A DNA stretch of 64,000 nt, taken from the NCBI GenBank assembly GCA_035084275.1, contig CM068746.1, positions 31,806,001 through 31,870,000 of the forward strand, written 5' to 3'. The stretch's first letter is position 1. The number at the start of each line of letters is the position of its first letter. The translations under genes and the position numbers were made by a program. The notes under the pieces are model-generated. The model had not been told where the DNA came from and did not search any database. It saw nothing but the letters and a program-made list of their open reading frames with translations. Origin of the DNA: Hydrolagus colliei (lineage: Eukaryota). Below, piece after piece: positions 52,485-64,000 of this stretch.

Positions 52485-52781
<297 letters not shown>

Positions 52782-53350
52782 TTAACCATCTTAAAATAAA
52801 CGGAAAAAGAACAACCAGAAAATAGTGCTGTAAGATTTACAATTTGTGCTTCAATTTGGAACCACAGACAAAGTTTGGTCAGCTTTTCGAACCAGGATTT
52901 TTTTTTACATGATAGTGATATTTAATGAAATGGAATACTTCAGAATGGAGCCAAGAGTAATCAAAATAAAAACATAATTACAAAACATTAAGAAACTTCT
53001 CTCCCACTATAAAACCAAGAAAACATGGTTTTATAATTATCTGTTGTTTCTCCTTAGTTTAGATTGCCGTAGTAACAATTTACAAAATAACTTTGATTAC
53101 ATGGGCCTACATAGGAAACAATTCCCATTCCTACTGTGGAGACTGCAACTTGAGGAGTACAGCATTAACTGTGAAGCAAGGTATTACAATTAAATTGCTA
53201 TAGGATAATGAAATTTATACATAAGTTTAAATGACACACATGTTCCCAAGTACTGTACTTTGCAATTAGCCTGATTCAGGAGCTGTCGTTTCTTATGCTT
53301 TTCACTTCTGAGATGAATTCTAGTTTTTTGCCTTACTGGGGTGAACATTA

Positions 53351-53605
<255 letters not shown>

Positions 53606-54914
53606 TCATTTGAAATAGAGAAACTTAGAATCATCTCTTTTTCTGATTTTCGTCCAATTCAAGCCTTTCAGTCTGTTCTGTACCTAACAATTTTCTACAG
53701 CCAAGGCAGGTTTAGTCCTCCCCATAATGGCTATCAAGTTTTCCTTTCTTCTGTGATGAAGATCATTGCTTTACTTTGTTGATGCATTCAACAGCAGTAA
53801 ATGATGTTCTTACGTTGTTAATCAAGGTACATTATGGGGGCAAAATAAAAGCGAATTTTGCCAAGCAACTGACTCTTAAGCTGCACCTGATTAAGGAGTA
53901 TTTAATGTTGAAGGCACAAAAGCTATTTTTTCCAAATCTGACAACCAATTCACCAAATATAATTAAACAGGAAAATAAATGTGCTTTCAAGTCATAAGCG
54001 TACATAAAGCAATATCCATCAGCACTCTGTTATTTAACGCAGACAGGTAACATTAGCCAAAAACCTAACAGGTAGGACCAAAGCTCATATTGGCTTCCAT
54101 TATATACAATCAAAATAATTTTCCCACTCAAGCTGTGGAGAATAAACTGGCAACTGCATTATATGTCTTTTTTGTATTAAACGCAGGAGGTTTCTCACTA
54201 CAACTCATGGAACCTGAATGCTGTATTTTATTCAGAACTCCTCCAAATCTTTCTTCTGGGCTCTAGTCATGTCCACTTTTCTCCAACTCCACAACATCCT
54301 TCTCCTTCTCTTCCTCCACCTTACTCTCCCACCCCACAGCTCAAACCCTCATATAGGCCTTTGTCCCCTGGAGGCTTGATGTTTCCAATGCTTTGATTGC
54401 TGGCCTCCCCAACTCCATTCGGATTTTTAAAATGGAAGTAGATAAATGTTTATTATAGGCCAGGATATTAGGGGATATGGGGTAAGAGCAGATAAGTGGA
54501 CTTGAAGTAAAGATCAGCCATAATCTTATATAAAAAAAGTTGTAACAGGCTTGAGGGACTAAATAGCCTACTCCTTTTTCTATGTCTATGTTTCTAAATG
54601 TCTGTACTCCGCAAGCTCCATACCATTCAAAACTCTGAGGCTTGTATCGTTCTTGCACCAGGCTCCACAGATCCATAATCCCATCCTTGCCTAGCTCTAA
54701 TACAGCTAAATCCTCCAGTGGATCAACATTAAGATCTTTGATTGTGTTCAATGTTTAGCTGAGCCAAAAGGTCTTCTTCATCTGAACTTCTCTTGTGATC
54801 TGGTGAACACTTGAAATGATTTCAAATTGGTAATTTGCTCATCATGACTGTCAGGCTCCTCATCATTACCAAACAACTGCTGCTGAATGTGTACATGTAT
54901 GGACTTAACAAGAG

Positions 54915-55280
54915 GATAATAACAATCTTCGCATTTGATATAGAGTCTTCTCACGTTTCAATGTGCTTCACAGAATATACTGTAAACTGTACATTTTGTG
55001 GGTGAAATGCAGCAGCTAATTGCTCACAAAAGTGTCCCCACAAACTGTCGTGGATTGAGCAATTAAATTATTATTTTTTAGTTCTTTATTTTTGAAGGGA
55101 TTATTACCACTGGAAAATCGATTTGTCAGTCGACTAACAACTGAGTTCCTAATTAATGTTAGGTGAACAGAGATGTATGAAGTAAGCAAATTTACCCCAC
55201 ATCTCGCCCTGCTGGGAATCAAACCCAGATCCTCTCGCTTGCGAGGCAAGTGCGCTAACCATTAAACTACAGGACTCCAG
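54915..55280 (-). mobile_element. Full-length SINE, long subfamily with extra central insert
   Basis: Head ggagtcctgtagtttaatggttagcgcacttgcc; insert shared with 56890-57062 and 62305-62680. Confidence 0.88.
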
Positions 55281-55469
55281 ATAGGATCTGGTTCAATCAT
55301 AAAACTCCCTGCGCATGATGAACAGATTATTGTATGGGTCAAGACTTACAATTGAATAAAAACCACTACCGGTAGAAGCAAAATTAAGTTAAGGATGAGG
55401 AGTCAGGAGAAAAAAAGTCCTAAACTTTGAGTTTTATAACATCATAAACATTTAGTATGCTGTACTTAC

Positions 55470-55616
55470 TGTGGCCAGCCTTCAAAGGTAGAAACAGTGA
55501 AAAGAGCCATCATAGCAGAGGGAACATCATCAAAGTTGAATTCACTGTTCTCCCATTTCCGCTGACTTATTATTGGTTGGTTTACATTTCCATCTTTGTA
55601 CAGAATATATTGACCT
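55470..55616 (-). CDS. CACNA1C: CACNA1C exon (~27), repeat III pore with selectivity Glu: GQYILYKDG...[11 protein letters not shown]
   Basis: 147 nt, aacag| ... |gtaagt, phase 2->2; STFEGW motif. Confidence 0.97.
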
Positions 55617-56889
55617 CTGTTAATAGGAAATAAATAATAGTTAGGTATTTCCAATAATTATATCTGTTCTCCCCAAATATGAAAGATCATTAAAAATGTC
55701 CTGTGCCGTTTTATTTTCTTGCCACCTCTTTGACTAATGGCACAGTCCACTAATCAGGAGGGTAGCTGTTTGAATTACTCAAATTATAGGAATGCTATTC
55801 TCAACATTAAATACCAGGAAATATTAAATGACTGCCTTTACAGATTTCCTCTCCATATATGTAAAGAAACAATGTGGACACCAGTTGCCTTTTCTAAATA
55901 GGAATTTCTAAGAATCATCCACTGTACACTCAAACTTGTGGAGAATCTGCATATGAATTAAAAAACAATAACTTACATTGCAGATCCTAGATTTGAATAA
56001 CACACTCTGATAGTAAAATATAGAATGATATAATTTACACGAAAAATCAACCGTGGTCTGGGAGCAGCAAAATTATGAATATAATTCTGACAATACTTTC
56101 TCATCTGCATGTACAAGAACAACAACAACAACCTCGATTTATATAGCATCCTCCACGCCGGACGGCATCTCAGAGCGCTTCACAATAACGGATCCCGGGA
56201 GTGAGCCAGGGGCCGGGAAAAATACACTAGAAAAACACATCCTGAAAACCTTTTTGTTACTGTCATGTTTGTCCATTACAGAAGCACCAACAATGTACAG
56301 AAATCAGGAGCCTAATGTATAGAATGTTTGAGTTGAGTACTTTTCTATCACTCCAAGACATTGCACAAAAAAATACTATATAATTAGGCTATCTTAGCCT
56401 TGGTTTACTTTAAAGATGACATTGGGAAAAAGCTATTTCCTTAATTAATCAATATAATTGTGAGTACTGTATTTGTCTTACATTTACAAAATGTATTTTA
56501 TAAGAGCAATAATCTGCTGATATAGTTAGTTATTTACAGTACAATTTCTTCAGAAACTATGGAGCATAGAAACTACAAAGGCGGAATTGTGCTGTGGGCT
56601 ACAGAGGATCATGCAGCACTTAAAAAACGAAGGGGTAGAAATTCCATTTGGGTCTACATTAACTCCATTTTTGTAGCATTTTGAGAGATCCAGAATTAGA
56701 CAAATTCTTAAATACAGCTTTAATTTTGAAGCCAGTTTTCTATAAGATCTTCTAAGTACTAAAGGAAACCGGCTTTGAAGTTCTGAATGCAGTTGAATTT
56801 ATATAATTCAACAACGACCAAATGGCTGTACCAATAAATACCAATCTCTTGTAAAAGCACTACAAAATAACTAAACTTTTATTTTTTTT

Positions 56890-57062
56890 AAGGATTATTA
56901 TCCCTGGAAAAGTGATCCGCTAATTGACTAACAACCGGATTCCTACCTACTGCTAGGTCCACAGGCGAGTAAGGAAACTTGCCAACATTTCACCCTCCGG
57001 GAATAGAACCCAGGTCTCTCGCTTGCGAGGCGAGCGCTCTAACCACTGAGCTACAGGACTCT
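56890..57062 (-). mobile_element. SINE 5' part, long subfamily
   Basis: gagtcctgtagctcagtggttagagcgctcgcctcgcaagcgagagacctgggttctattccc. Confidence 0.88.
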
Positions 57063-58324
57063 TCCTCCTCAATCAAAATATTTTAAAAAAATCTTAGTTC
57101 TGAATAGTCCATGTTAGGGAATGCCTCCATGTTACATGGAATCCAAAGGAATGTTCTGTAAGCCTGCAAAAAACATTGGTTATTTCCCAGTAACAATGAT
57201 TCTGAAATGCAGCCTGAATAACATCACATTAGGTTGGGTCACCAAGAGGACATGACTATTAGTCACATATTTCCTGTAATTAAAAAAATGTATTACTCAA
57301 ATGTGGCGAAATAGAACATTCAAAGTGGGGGAAAGTAGGATACAGGATAAATGACTTGCAATGTCAGGAAACACAGGAGCCACTTGAACTGTAGACTCAG
57401 ATAATATGTCTACTCCGGATTCATTTGAGAATTACAAATGAGTTAATAGATATACTCAAGCAAAAGACATATTGACATGGGAAATCACATAAAGGGAAGC
57501 TCAAGCATTTAGAGAGTGATATGCTGTGCAGACTAAAAATTTATGCCATAAATAAAGCAATAATTTTTGCTTCCATCTGCAATCTCAAATATTTCAGGCA
57601 CTACACAATTTGACAAATGTAGTTGGGATTTACTGTAAAAATCTACTACGCACTGAGCAGACTGCATTTTGGGAAATGGAATAGCTCAAATCTAGTTTAA
57701 TACAATGGAAGATGCAACATAAGTACCAAGAATCTAGTCTTGCAGATGCAAAATTGGAATAAGCGCCTTGGGACGTCCTCCCGACACGAAAGGCACGCTA
57801 TAAATGTAATTTTGTTTATGTGTTTGCTTGTGTTTGTGTTAATCTCCAGTAGATTCTTCCAGTTGATTGTATTGCTGCAAGTGTTTTAGATTCTCAATTC
57901 CACACAATATATAATCAATGGACATGATATCAATGTATCATGCGGTGGTTTTCTGTGCAGTAAACTTCACATAATCCATACCATCTGGGACTGTAAATTT
58001 AATATGTCATACAAAGTATGAATAATTTCCATCTTGCATTGGATATAAATCTTGAACAGGACTTGGGCAGATACAACGACTACAATAACACCTTGTACTT
58101 ATATAGTGCCCTTCCCGCAGGGTAGGGGAGTAAGCAGATTGGAGAGGTAGGGAGGTGCCAGAGCATGAAGGGATTTGAAAATGAGTATGATGATCTTGAC
58201 ATCGATCCTTTCCTATGACAGGGAGCAAGTGGACTATGGTTAGAACTGGTCTGATAGAGGAATGTACGACCTTGGTGATTATATTATTTATACCCTAATA
58301 AAATCTTTAAAATTAATAATTTGA

Positions 58325-58470
58325 TCACTCAATCCACAACTGTTCATGGGACACTGCTGTGCACAATTGGCTGCCGTATTTTGCCCACAAAATACTTCAC
58401 AATATTTACTGTGAAGCGCTTGCAGACGTCCTGATGATAAGGCGCTATATCAAATGTAACGATTGTTATT
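58325..58470 (+). mobile_element. SINE 3' half
   Basis: Central domain plus tail. Confidence 0.8.
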
Positions 58471-59384
58471 ACACAGGTCCAATTTATGTGAGTTTTATTG
58501 TATTTGGATCCAGAAAATTGAATTACTTCTAACCCTAGTGTTTAGAATCATTAATTATTCTCCCTCTGAAACAAATAGTAGTACATCTCTAACCAAGTGA
58601 TGGCTTTACTCTGTGTGATGTGTATTGATCTTTGCCTGTGTTATACTTCTTTGCTTTTAACCTGAGTATATTTCCAATTTGGAGCCTAGCTAGATATCAA
58701 CTGTCAGCACATACCGCTCAGCTGGCTCAACCCCTTAAAGTGCGTGCTTTAATCATATGATTTATAGCTACAAAATGCTGAAATAAACCTAAAGGTGACA
58801 TTAAATTGTTCATTCTCAGAGACTTCCTAACCCTGCAAAGACAATGGATTCCGTTGATTATTTGGATAAGGATTTTAAAGTACAATGCAGATTTTTCAAT
58901 TTGTCTTCCCCCAATTAATGAGCTCCAACACCCGGTTCTAAAAATAAATTTTTCAAGATCATTGCACTTTGCCAAAGTTGCTGAAGATTGCTAAACTTGT
59001 TACTCATCAAACAATTTGGAGAGTTGTTTATCATCTTTGATGGTACGTAAAGCAAGTGGGTTGCCACACAACGCTAGGAGTTAATGTTCTATGTATGCTA
59101 TGATTACCACCTGATTAGATCATATTAAAAATTACCAGCCGAAAGACCCTTGAAGTGGGGGGGTCATCTAAAAGTGGTCTTAATTGAATCTGACTTGGGC
59201 AAATGGTTTACTGGGTTAGGTGCTGTGGAGGTTATACCATGTGCATTTTTACATGGGATGAAGATGCAATGGTTGACTAGGGTTCTACAGACCACCACTA
59301 AAATGAACAGTACAGCAATTTGATGTCATTCCAGGGCATAAACTGCAAAAGAAAAGGCTGTTTTAACAATAAGTGTAATGATTT

Positions 59385-59607
59385 GGGCAGGTTTCCTTAC
59401 TCCACACAACTGATAATAATCCACTAAAAACATTTTGGTAATTTCAATCCAAGACTGTTTGTGGGACACTGCTGTGCGCAATTAGCTCCAGCATTTCGCC
59501 CACATATATACAGTCAATCCCCTTAACTGTATATTCTATGAAGCGCTTTGAGACGTCTAGAATACGTGAAAAGCGCTATATCAAATGCAAGGATTATTAT
59601 TATTATT
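59385..59607 (+). mobile_element. SINE 3' two-thirds
   Basis: Central domain plus (ATT)n tail. Confidence 0.85.
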
Positions 59608-60204
59608 AAAACAGTGCCTATGACAACTACATTGAATTGGTGCAGCCTGACCTTGTATTCTGTGCTTGGCTGGAGCTGCATAATTTTGTTTTGCTTTTAT
59701 TGTTTCTCAATAAAATAATGCAGTGTCTGGCAATTGTTCAACATGCAGCATTTTACAAGCTGCCAATTCAAGTTTATTGTTTAATGGAACACAAGAGGCA
59801 AACACAACGACTACAATGACCAATGTCGTAGCTAAGTGTTGCTCTGAGTCCTTATAGAACAGAAGAACATAATGTGGTGGGTCACTGAGTTAGTTTTGCT
59901 TCTACCATGGATTAGTGGGGCAAAGTTATACCCTTAGGGGTGGTGCTGAATAGCATTTCAGAGGTACAGCTAAAACATTCAAATCATACGTCTTGAACAT
60001 TACCTATTCAAAGATCAAAAACACAGAACAAAGAGAAACTGAGTGAATGATGAAGCTGTCAAAACATTTTCTATTTACATTTAAAATAAATGGATTGTTA
60101 AATGTACTAAAGAAACCAACTCTACCGTGTCCTTTAAAGTGATAGAGCAAAATATAGATTTATCCTTCATCTTAGTCCTCCCCATTTTTGAAGTGCTTAA
60201 TAAT

Positions 60205-60637
60205 AAAGATGATAATTGTTTCATTTGGTATATAGACTTATCACATCAGAAGCATGTCTCAAAGCGTTTCACCGGATTTACTGTGAAATTCACTGATTGC
60301 GTATTCATGGACAACCTCGGCAGCCTAATTGCACCCAATAATGTCCCACACATATCCATGAATTGAATGCCCAATTGGTATTTGAGCCAGGACACCAGGA
60401 GAACCTCTTTTCTCTTTTTGAATAGCTTGATGGGATCTTTAACTTCCATCTGAGCAAACAAACAGGACCTTAGTTTAACATCTCGTTCGAAGGATGGTGC
60501 CTCCAACAATGCAACCCCTTCCCCAGCAGATTGGAGTGTCATTTTAGACAATGCAAGGTCACGCTCCAAAATGGGACTTGAACCCACAACTTTCTGACTC
60601 GGAGGCGAAAGTGCTATAACTGAGCCAAGCTGACACA
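60205..60637 (-). mobile_element. Full-length Deu-domain SINE (SacSINE1/AmnSINE1-like)
   Basis: tRNA head tcagcttggctcagt...gggttcaagtccc; Deu core gagatgttaaactaaggtcc...aaagatcccat..ctattcaaaaagag; L2-like tail. Confidence 0.8.
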
Positions 60638-61309
60638 CTTGTTTGTACAGTATTACAAGATGTACTGCAATCGGTTCAATTAGAATTTTTTTTACGATAA
60701 TTAATCTTCCATTCCAACTTGTGGTGCACTTTAGTAAACAAGATGTTCTTTTTAAAAAAAAAATTCCACGCAGTATATTTGGGCTGTTGATTAAGATGTC
60801 ACTAAATTTGTGGAGGCTTGAAAAAAAGAAACAGGAATTTTACATATGTCCAGAAATTCAAAGCCCTCTTTGTTTACCTCAAAAAAATTGTTGCTCCATA
60901 AAACCACTAAATGTGCCATATTAAATGTTTAGTACTGGTTCACTGTAAGTGTATTCACAGAATACTGAACTTCAGAAGATGTTTCATGTCTTAGTTCACT
61001 TCTAACATAGATTCCTTTAGTTCCATAAAAGGGGTGAGAAATTAGTTACAAGTGCCAAAGATGATGGTTTAAAACAATTACAGTTTAGAACATTTGTCAG
61101 CAACTGCAATTGTTATGTTAACGTCAATGGCCACAAATTTATGTCTTCGCAATTAAAACACTGTCAAACTGAACATCTGTTTTATCTCTTTTAATGCAGT
61201 GCCCCTAAAAGATACGCCACTATGTCTGCTATATTTGTGGGAGTATCCCTCCCTTTCTCTTCAATACCTCCTGCCTTAAGAAGTGGGCTAGTCATGTAAC
61301 AGGAATGAA

Positions 61310-61718
61310 GTGTTAATAAAGTGCCTTATCATGTCATCAAAATGTCTCATGCTTTATAGGATACACTGTAAAGTGGTATGATGGTGCATATTTTGCGCGT
61401 GAATGAGCTAGTCAATTTGTGTGCATCAATGTCCCATAAACAGCCTCGAATGAGTGACTAATTGTTTTAATTTGTTGGAATATTGGCCAGGACACTGCAG
61501 AAGCTCCCTTCTCTTTTCAATTTGGGCTTTGGGATTCGAATGTCCGCCTGAACAGGATCTCAAATTTGAACGTCTCATCCGAAAGATGAAACTTCCGATA
61601 ATGTAACTCTCCTCCAATATTGCTCAACTGAGACATGAGCTCAAACTCTTGATATGGGTTTGAAATCACATCTTTCTGATTCAGAGGTGAGAGTGCTACC
61701 AACTGAGCCAAGCTCACA
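61310..61718 (-). mobile_element. Second full-length Deu-domain SINE
   Basis: Collinear diverged copy of 60205-60637. Confidence 0.78.
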
Positions 61719-62304
61719 TTTGAATGCATAGGCTAGATATTTGGCAGCAGAACTATTAAGGGATATGGTAAAATGACAGAGATTTGGGATTAAAAGATCT
61801 GCCAGAACCTGACAAATTGCTCAATGGTCTGAATAGCCTCCTCCTGTTCCTGTTTTCTGATATTCCTATGTCATCAAAGCACCATGGAAGGAGCTACTTG
61901 AGTTTTCTGGCAGGGAAAGGCATTTTCCCTATCATGTCTGCAAGGCTTTAATGACCAGTTAAAGGTGTTTGCGAAATTTACTCTGAATAATCATACTCAT
62001 GTAATTTTACGATAATGCACTTCATCCAAAAAAATGTAAGGATTATTCCTGTCAGAACAATCACTGTTTAACTAATTGTTCACATCAAGTCTATAAAGTA
62101 ATCCTCACCAGGGTTTTTTCCCTATTTAAATAATAAATGTGACACTACAGATCCTTGAAAGTGAAGCAGAAATGTTGTGCTCCCAAATCGATAGTTACAA
62201 GCAATTCCAATTGTAAGGGGGCACAAATGTCATCTGTCTTTTGTACATCTGTCTTGGGAAATGGTACAAAGAAAGACTGGAAAAAGGGCAGAGAAACAAA
62301 ACAA

Positions 62305-62680
62305 TCATAATAATCATTGCATTTGATGCAGCGCCTTATCACCTCATTGAGACATCTCAAAGCTCTTCACAGAATACATCGTAAAGTGAATTAACTGTAT
62401 ATTTTATTGGCAAAATGTAGCAGCCAACTGCAGACAGCAGTGTCCCACAAACAGTCGTGCATTGAGTGATCAGGAAATTATTGCTTTTTGGTGAGGCTCG
62501 TGAAGGATTATCACCCCTAGTTAGCCAATCAACTAACAATCAAGTTTTGACTTACTGCTAGGTAAACCGAGACGTGTTGAGTAAGAAAACGTGCCTAATG
62601 TTTTCTCCAGACCGGGAATAGAACCCTGGTCCTCTCATTTGCGAGGTGAGCATGCTAAACATCATGCTAGGGAACTCCAC
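62305..62680 (-). mobile_element. Full-length SINE, long subfamily
   Basis: Head, insert, central domain and tail present. Confidence 0.85.
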
Positions 62681-63569
62681 AATATACAGAATAGTGCACA
62701 CGGCTCACACTTAAACCTTTCAATAACAAAATAAAACAAAGTTTTCAGCAGGAAAAATGCCCATAGATTTATTTACAAAATAGCCAATAAAATCTGGCTA
62801 ATCTTAAATATCCATTTAATGTGGCATTCTAACTCTGGCTAGTGGCTGCTGAAATGCTCTTGTAAGATTGCCCACGTAGCTCAAATTTGCTGACATTATC
62901 TAGCAGCACTGACATGGATTAAAATAACAATCTCTATGAGTGGCAGCTCTCCTTAGTTCTTCAACAAAAACAAACAGTGAACAGATTTGCACATAGCTAA
63001 AATGGTACTAAATACCACAGCACATTTGTTATGTCAGTTAAAGTGCATTTTGGTGACCCCACCAAAAATAAACATTTACAACATTAAAAATTACTGCAAT
63101 ATTACATAAGCATTTAAAAGACTAAATATTTTTTCCAGAAATAAATAATTGTCTACTTTCTGACAAAATGACAGTAAAGTATGTACTTCTCGTACATTTG
63201 TGTTTTTGCAGTTGACGAGAAAGCTATCTTCCTGAACAATGCAGGGCCCTTCTGCGTTTTGGACAAGTGTTTGAATCTTACCTACATTAAAAAGATGTTA
63301 TCCCTCACATATAATAAAAAATAATAACATAGAGAGGGGAATATTCTTGACTGCTTTTACATAAAACCTAGCAGACAGTTACCAAACAACATTGGCACAG
63401 ACATGTTTCTGCTAGAAACCCTGTAGCAGAAAAACAGCCTGCTTTCCTAACTATAGACTGAAGTGTGACTTTGGAAATTAAATATATATAGGAAGAAATA
63501 CTTTTTTAAATGTTCCTAATTGTTGTCAGCAATTCTGTTCAATACCATCAAAGAACAAAAGAAACTTAC

Positions 63570-63622
63570 TTGCATTCAGATTCCCTTTGCTTGGATCCAT
63601 CTGTGCAGGTGTAGAATTTCCC
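63570..63622 (-). CDS. CACNA1C: CACNA1C exon (~26), IIIS5-P loop: GKFYTCTDGSKQRESECK
   Basis: 53 nt, tttaaag| ... |gtaagt, phase 0->2; homologous to GKLYTCSDSSKQTEAECK. Confidence 0.95.
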
Positions 63623-63811
63623 CTTTAAACAAGAAAAGTACACATAGTATACATTGAGATGAGTTGTTTATTTCCAACAGAATGGATAAAATGGAGCATA
63701 ATATAATGTTAAGGATGATTGACTCTTCAGATGAAGATGACTAAGGGAGATTAATACATAATTCAGCCACATGTACCTGAAAAGTGGAGATAGTAAACAT
63801 GTTACACTGGT

Positions 63812-63862
63812 GTCCATGACTCACTACTGTATATCATGGACATACAGTAGTGAGTCATGGAC
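63812..63862. repeat. Perfect 21-bp inverted repeat with 9-nt loop
   Basis: gtccatgactcactactgtat / atcatggac / atacagtagtgagtcatggac. Confidence 0.95.
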
Positions 63863-64000
63863 TACAGTTTTTATGTGTAGTTCTTAGCTGCACGTTTTAT
63901 AGCATTACAAAGGTTTGAATTCAACACGTCAGCCATAAAGTAACAAAAAACATCTTTGGATGGTTGAAAAAACCCCTCAAATTCCAAACATGCAGAAAAG

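Noticed and set aside
56990-57062. tRNA gene-like sequences (also near 2449, 21326, 32788, 60637)
   Set aside because: They are SINE heads continuing into a shared body, with no acceptor-stem closure or Pol III terminator.

Overview
Vertebrate genomic DNA covering the 3' half of an L-type voltage-gated calcium channel alpha-1C gene (CACNA1C / Cav1.2) on the minus strand. I read 22 coding exons directly from the sequence, all with GT-AG boundaries and consistent phases. They span the repeat III pore loop to the distal C-terminus (about exons 26-48 in classical mammalian numbering) and give 2652 nt / 884 codons when one of the two 84-nt IVS3 exons is used. They include the mutually exclusive IVS3 pair, a 36-nt IVS3-S4 linker microexon, the EF-hand/pre-IQ/IQ region and the PKA-site exons. 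The gene continues beyond both window edges. Introns are full of tRNA-headed SINEs with L2-type (TTA)n tails, Deu-domain SINEs, and L2 and CR1 LINE fragments. This repeat set suggests a cartilaginous fish, possibly a chimaera (inference from recalled repeat families). Almost all ORFs in the supplied track are intronic noise or repeat-derived. I found no evidence of a wholly new gene system. The best leads concern splicing: (1) a second, exon-33-like frame-preserving microexon in the IVS3-S4 linker intron; (2) a canonical intronic poly(A) site after the IQ exon that could give a Cav1.3-42A-like short Cav1.2; (3) the IQ exon acceptor tract being a SINE tail; (4) candidate cassette or poison exons in the IVS2-S3 and distal C-terminal introns. 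All are hypotheses needing RNA-seq. Comparisons with human or other sequences are from memory, and repeat boundaries are approximate.
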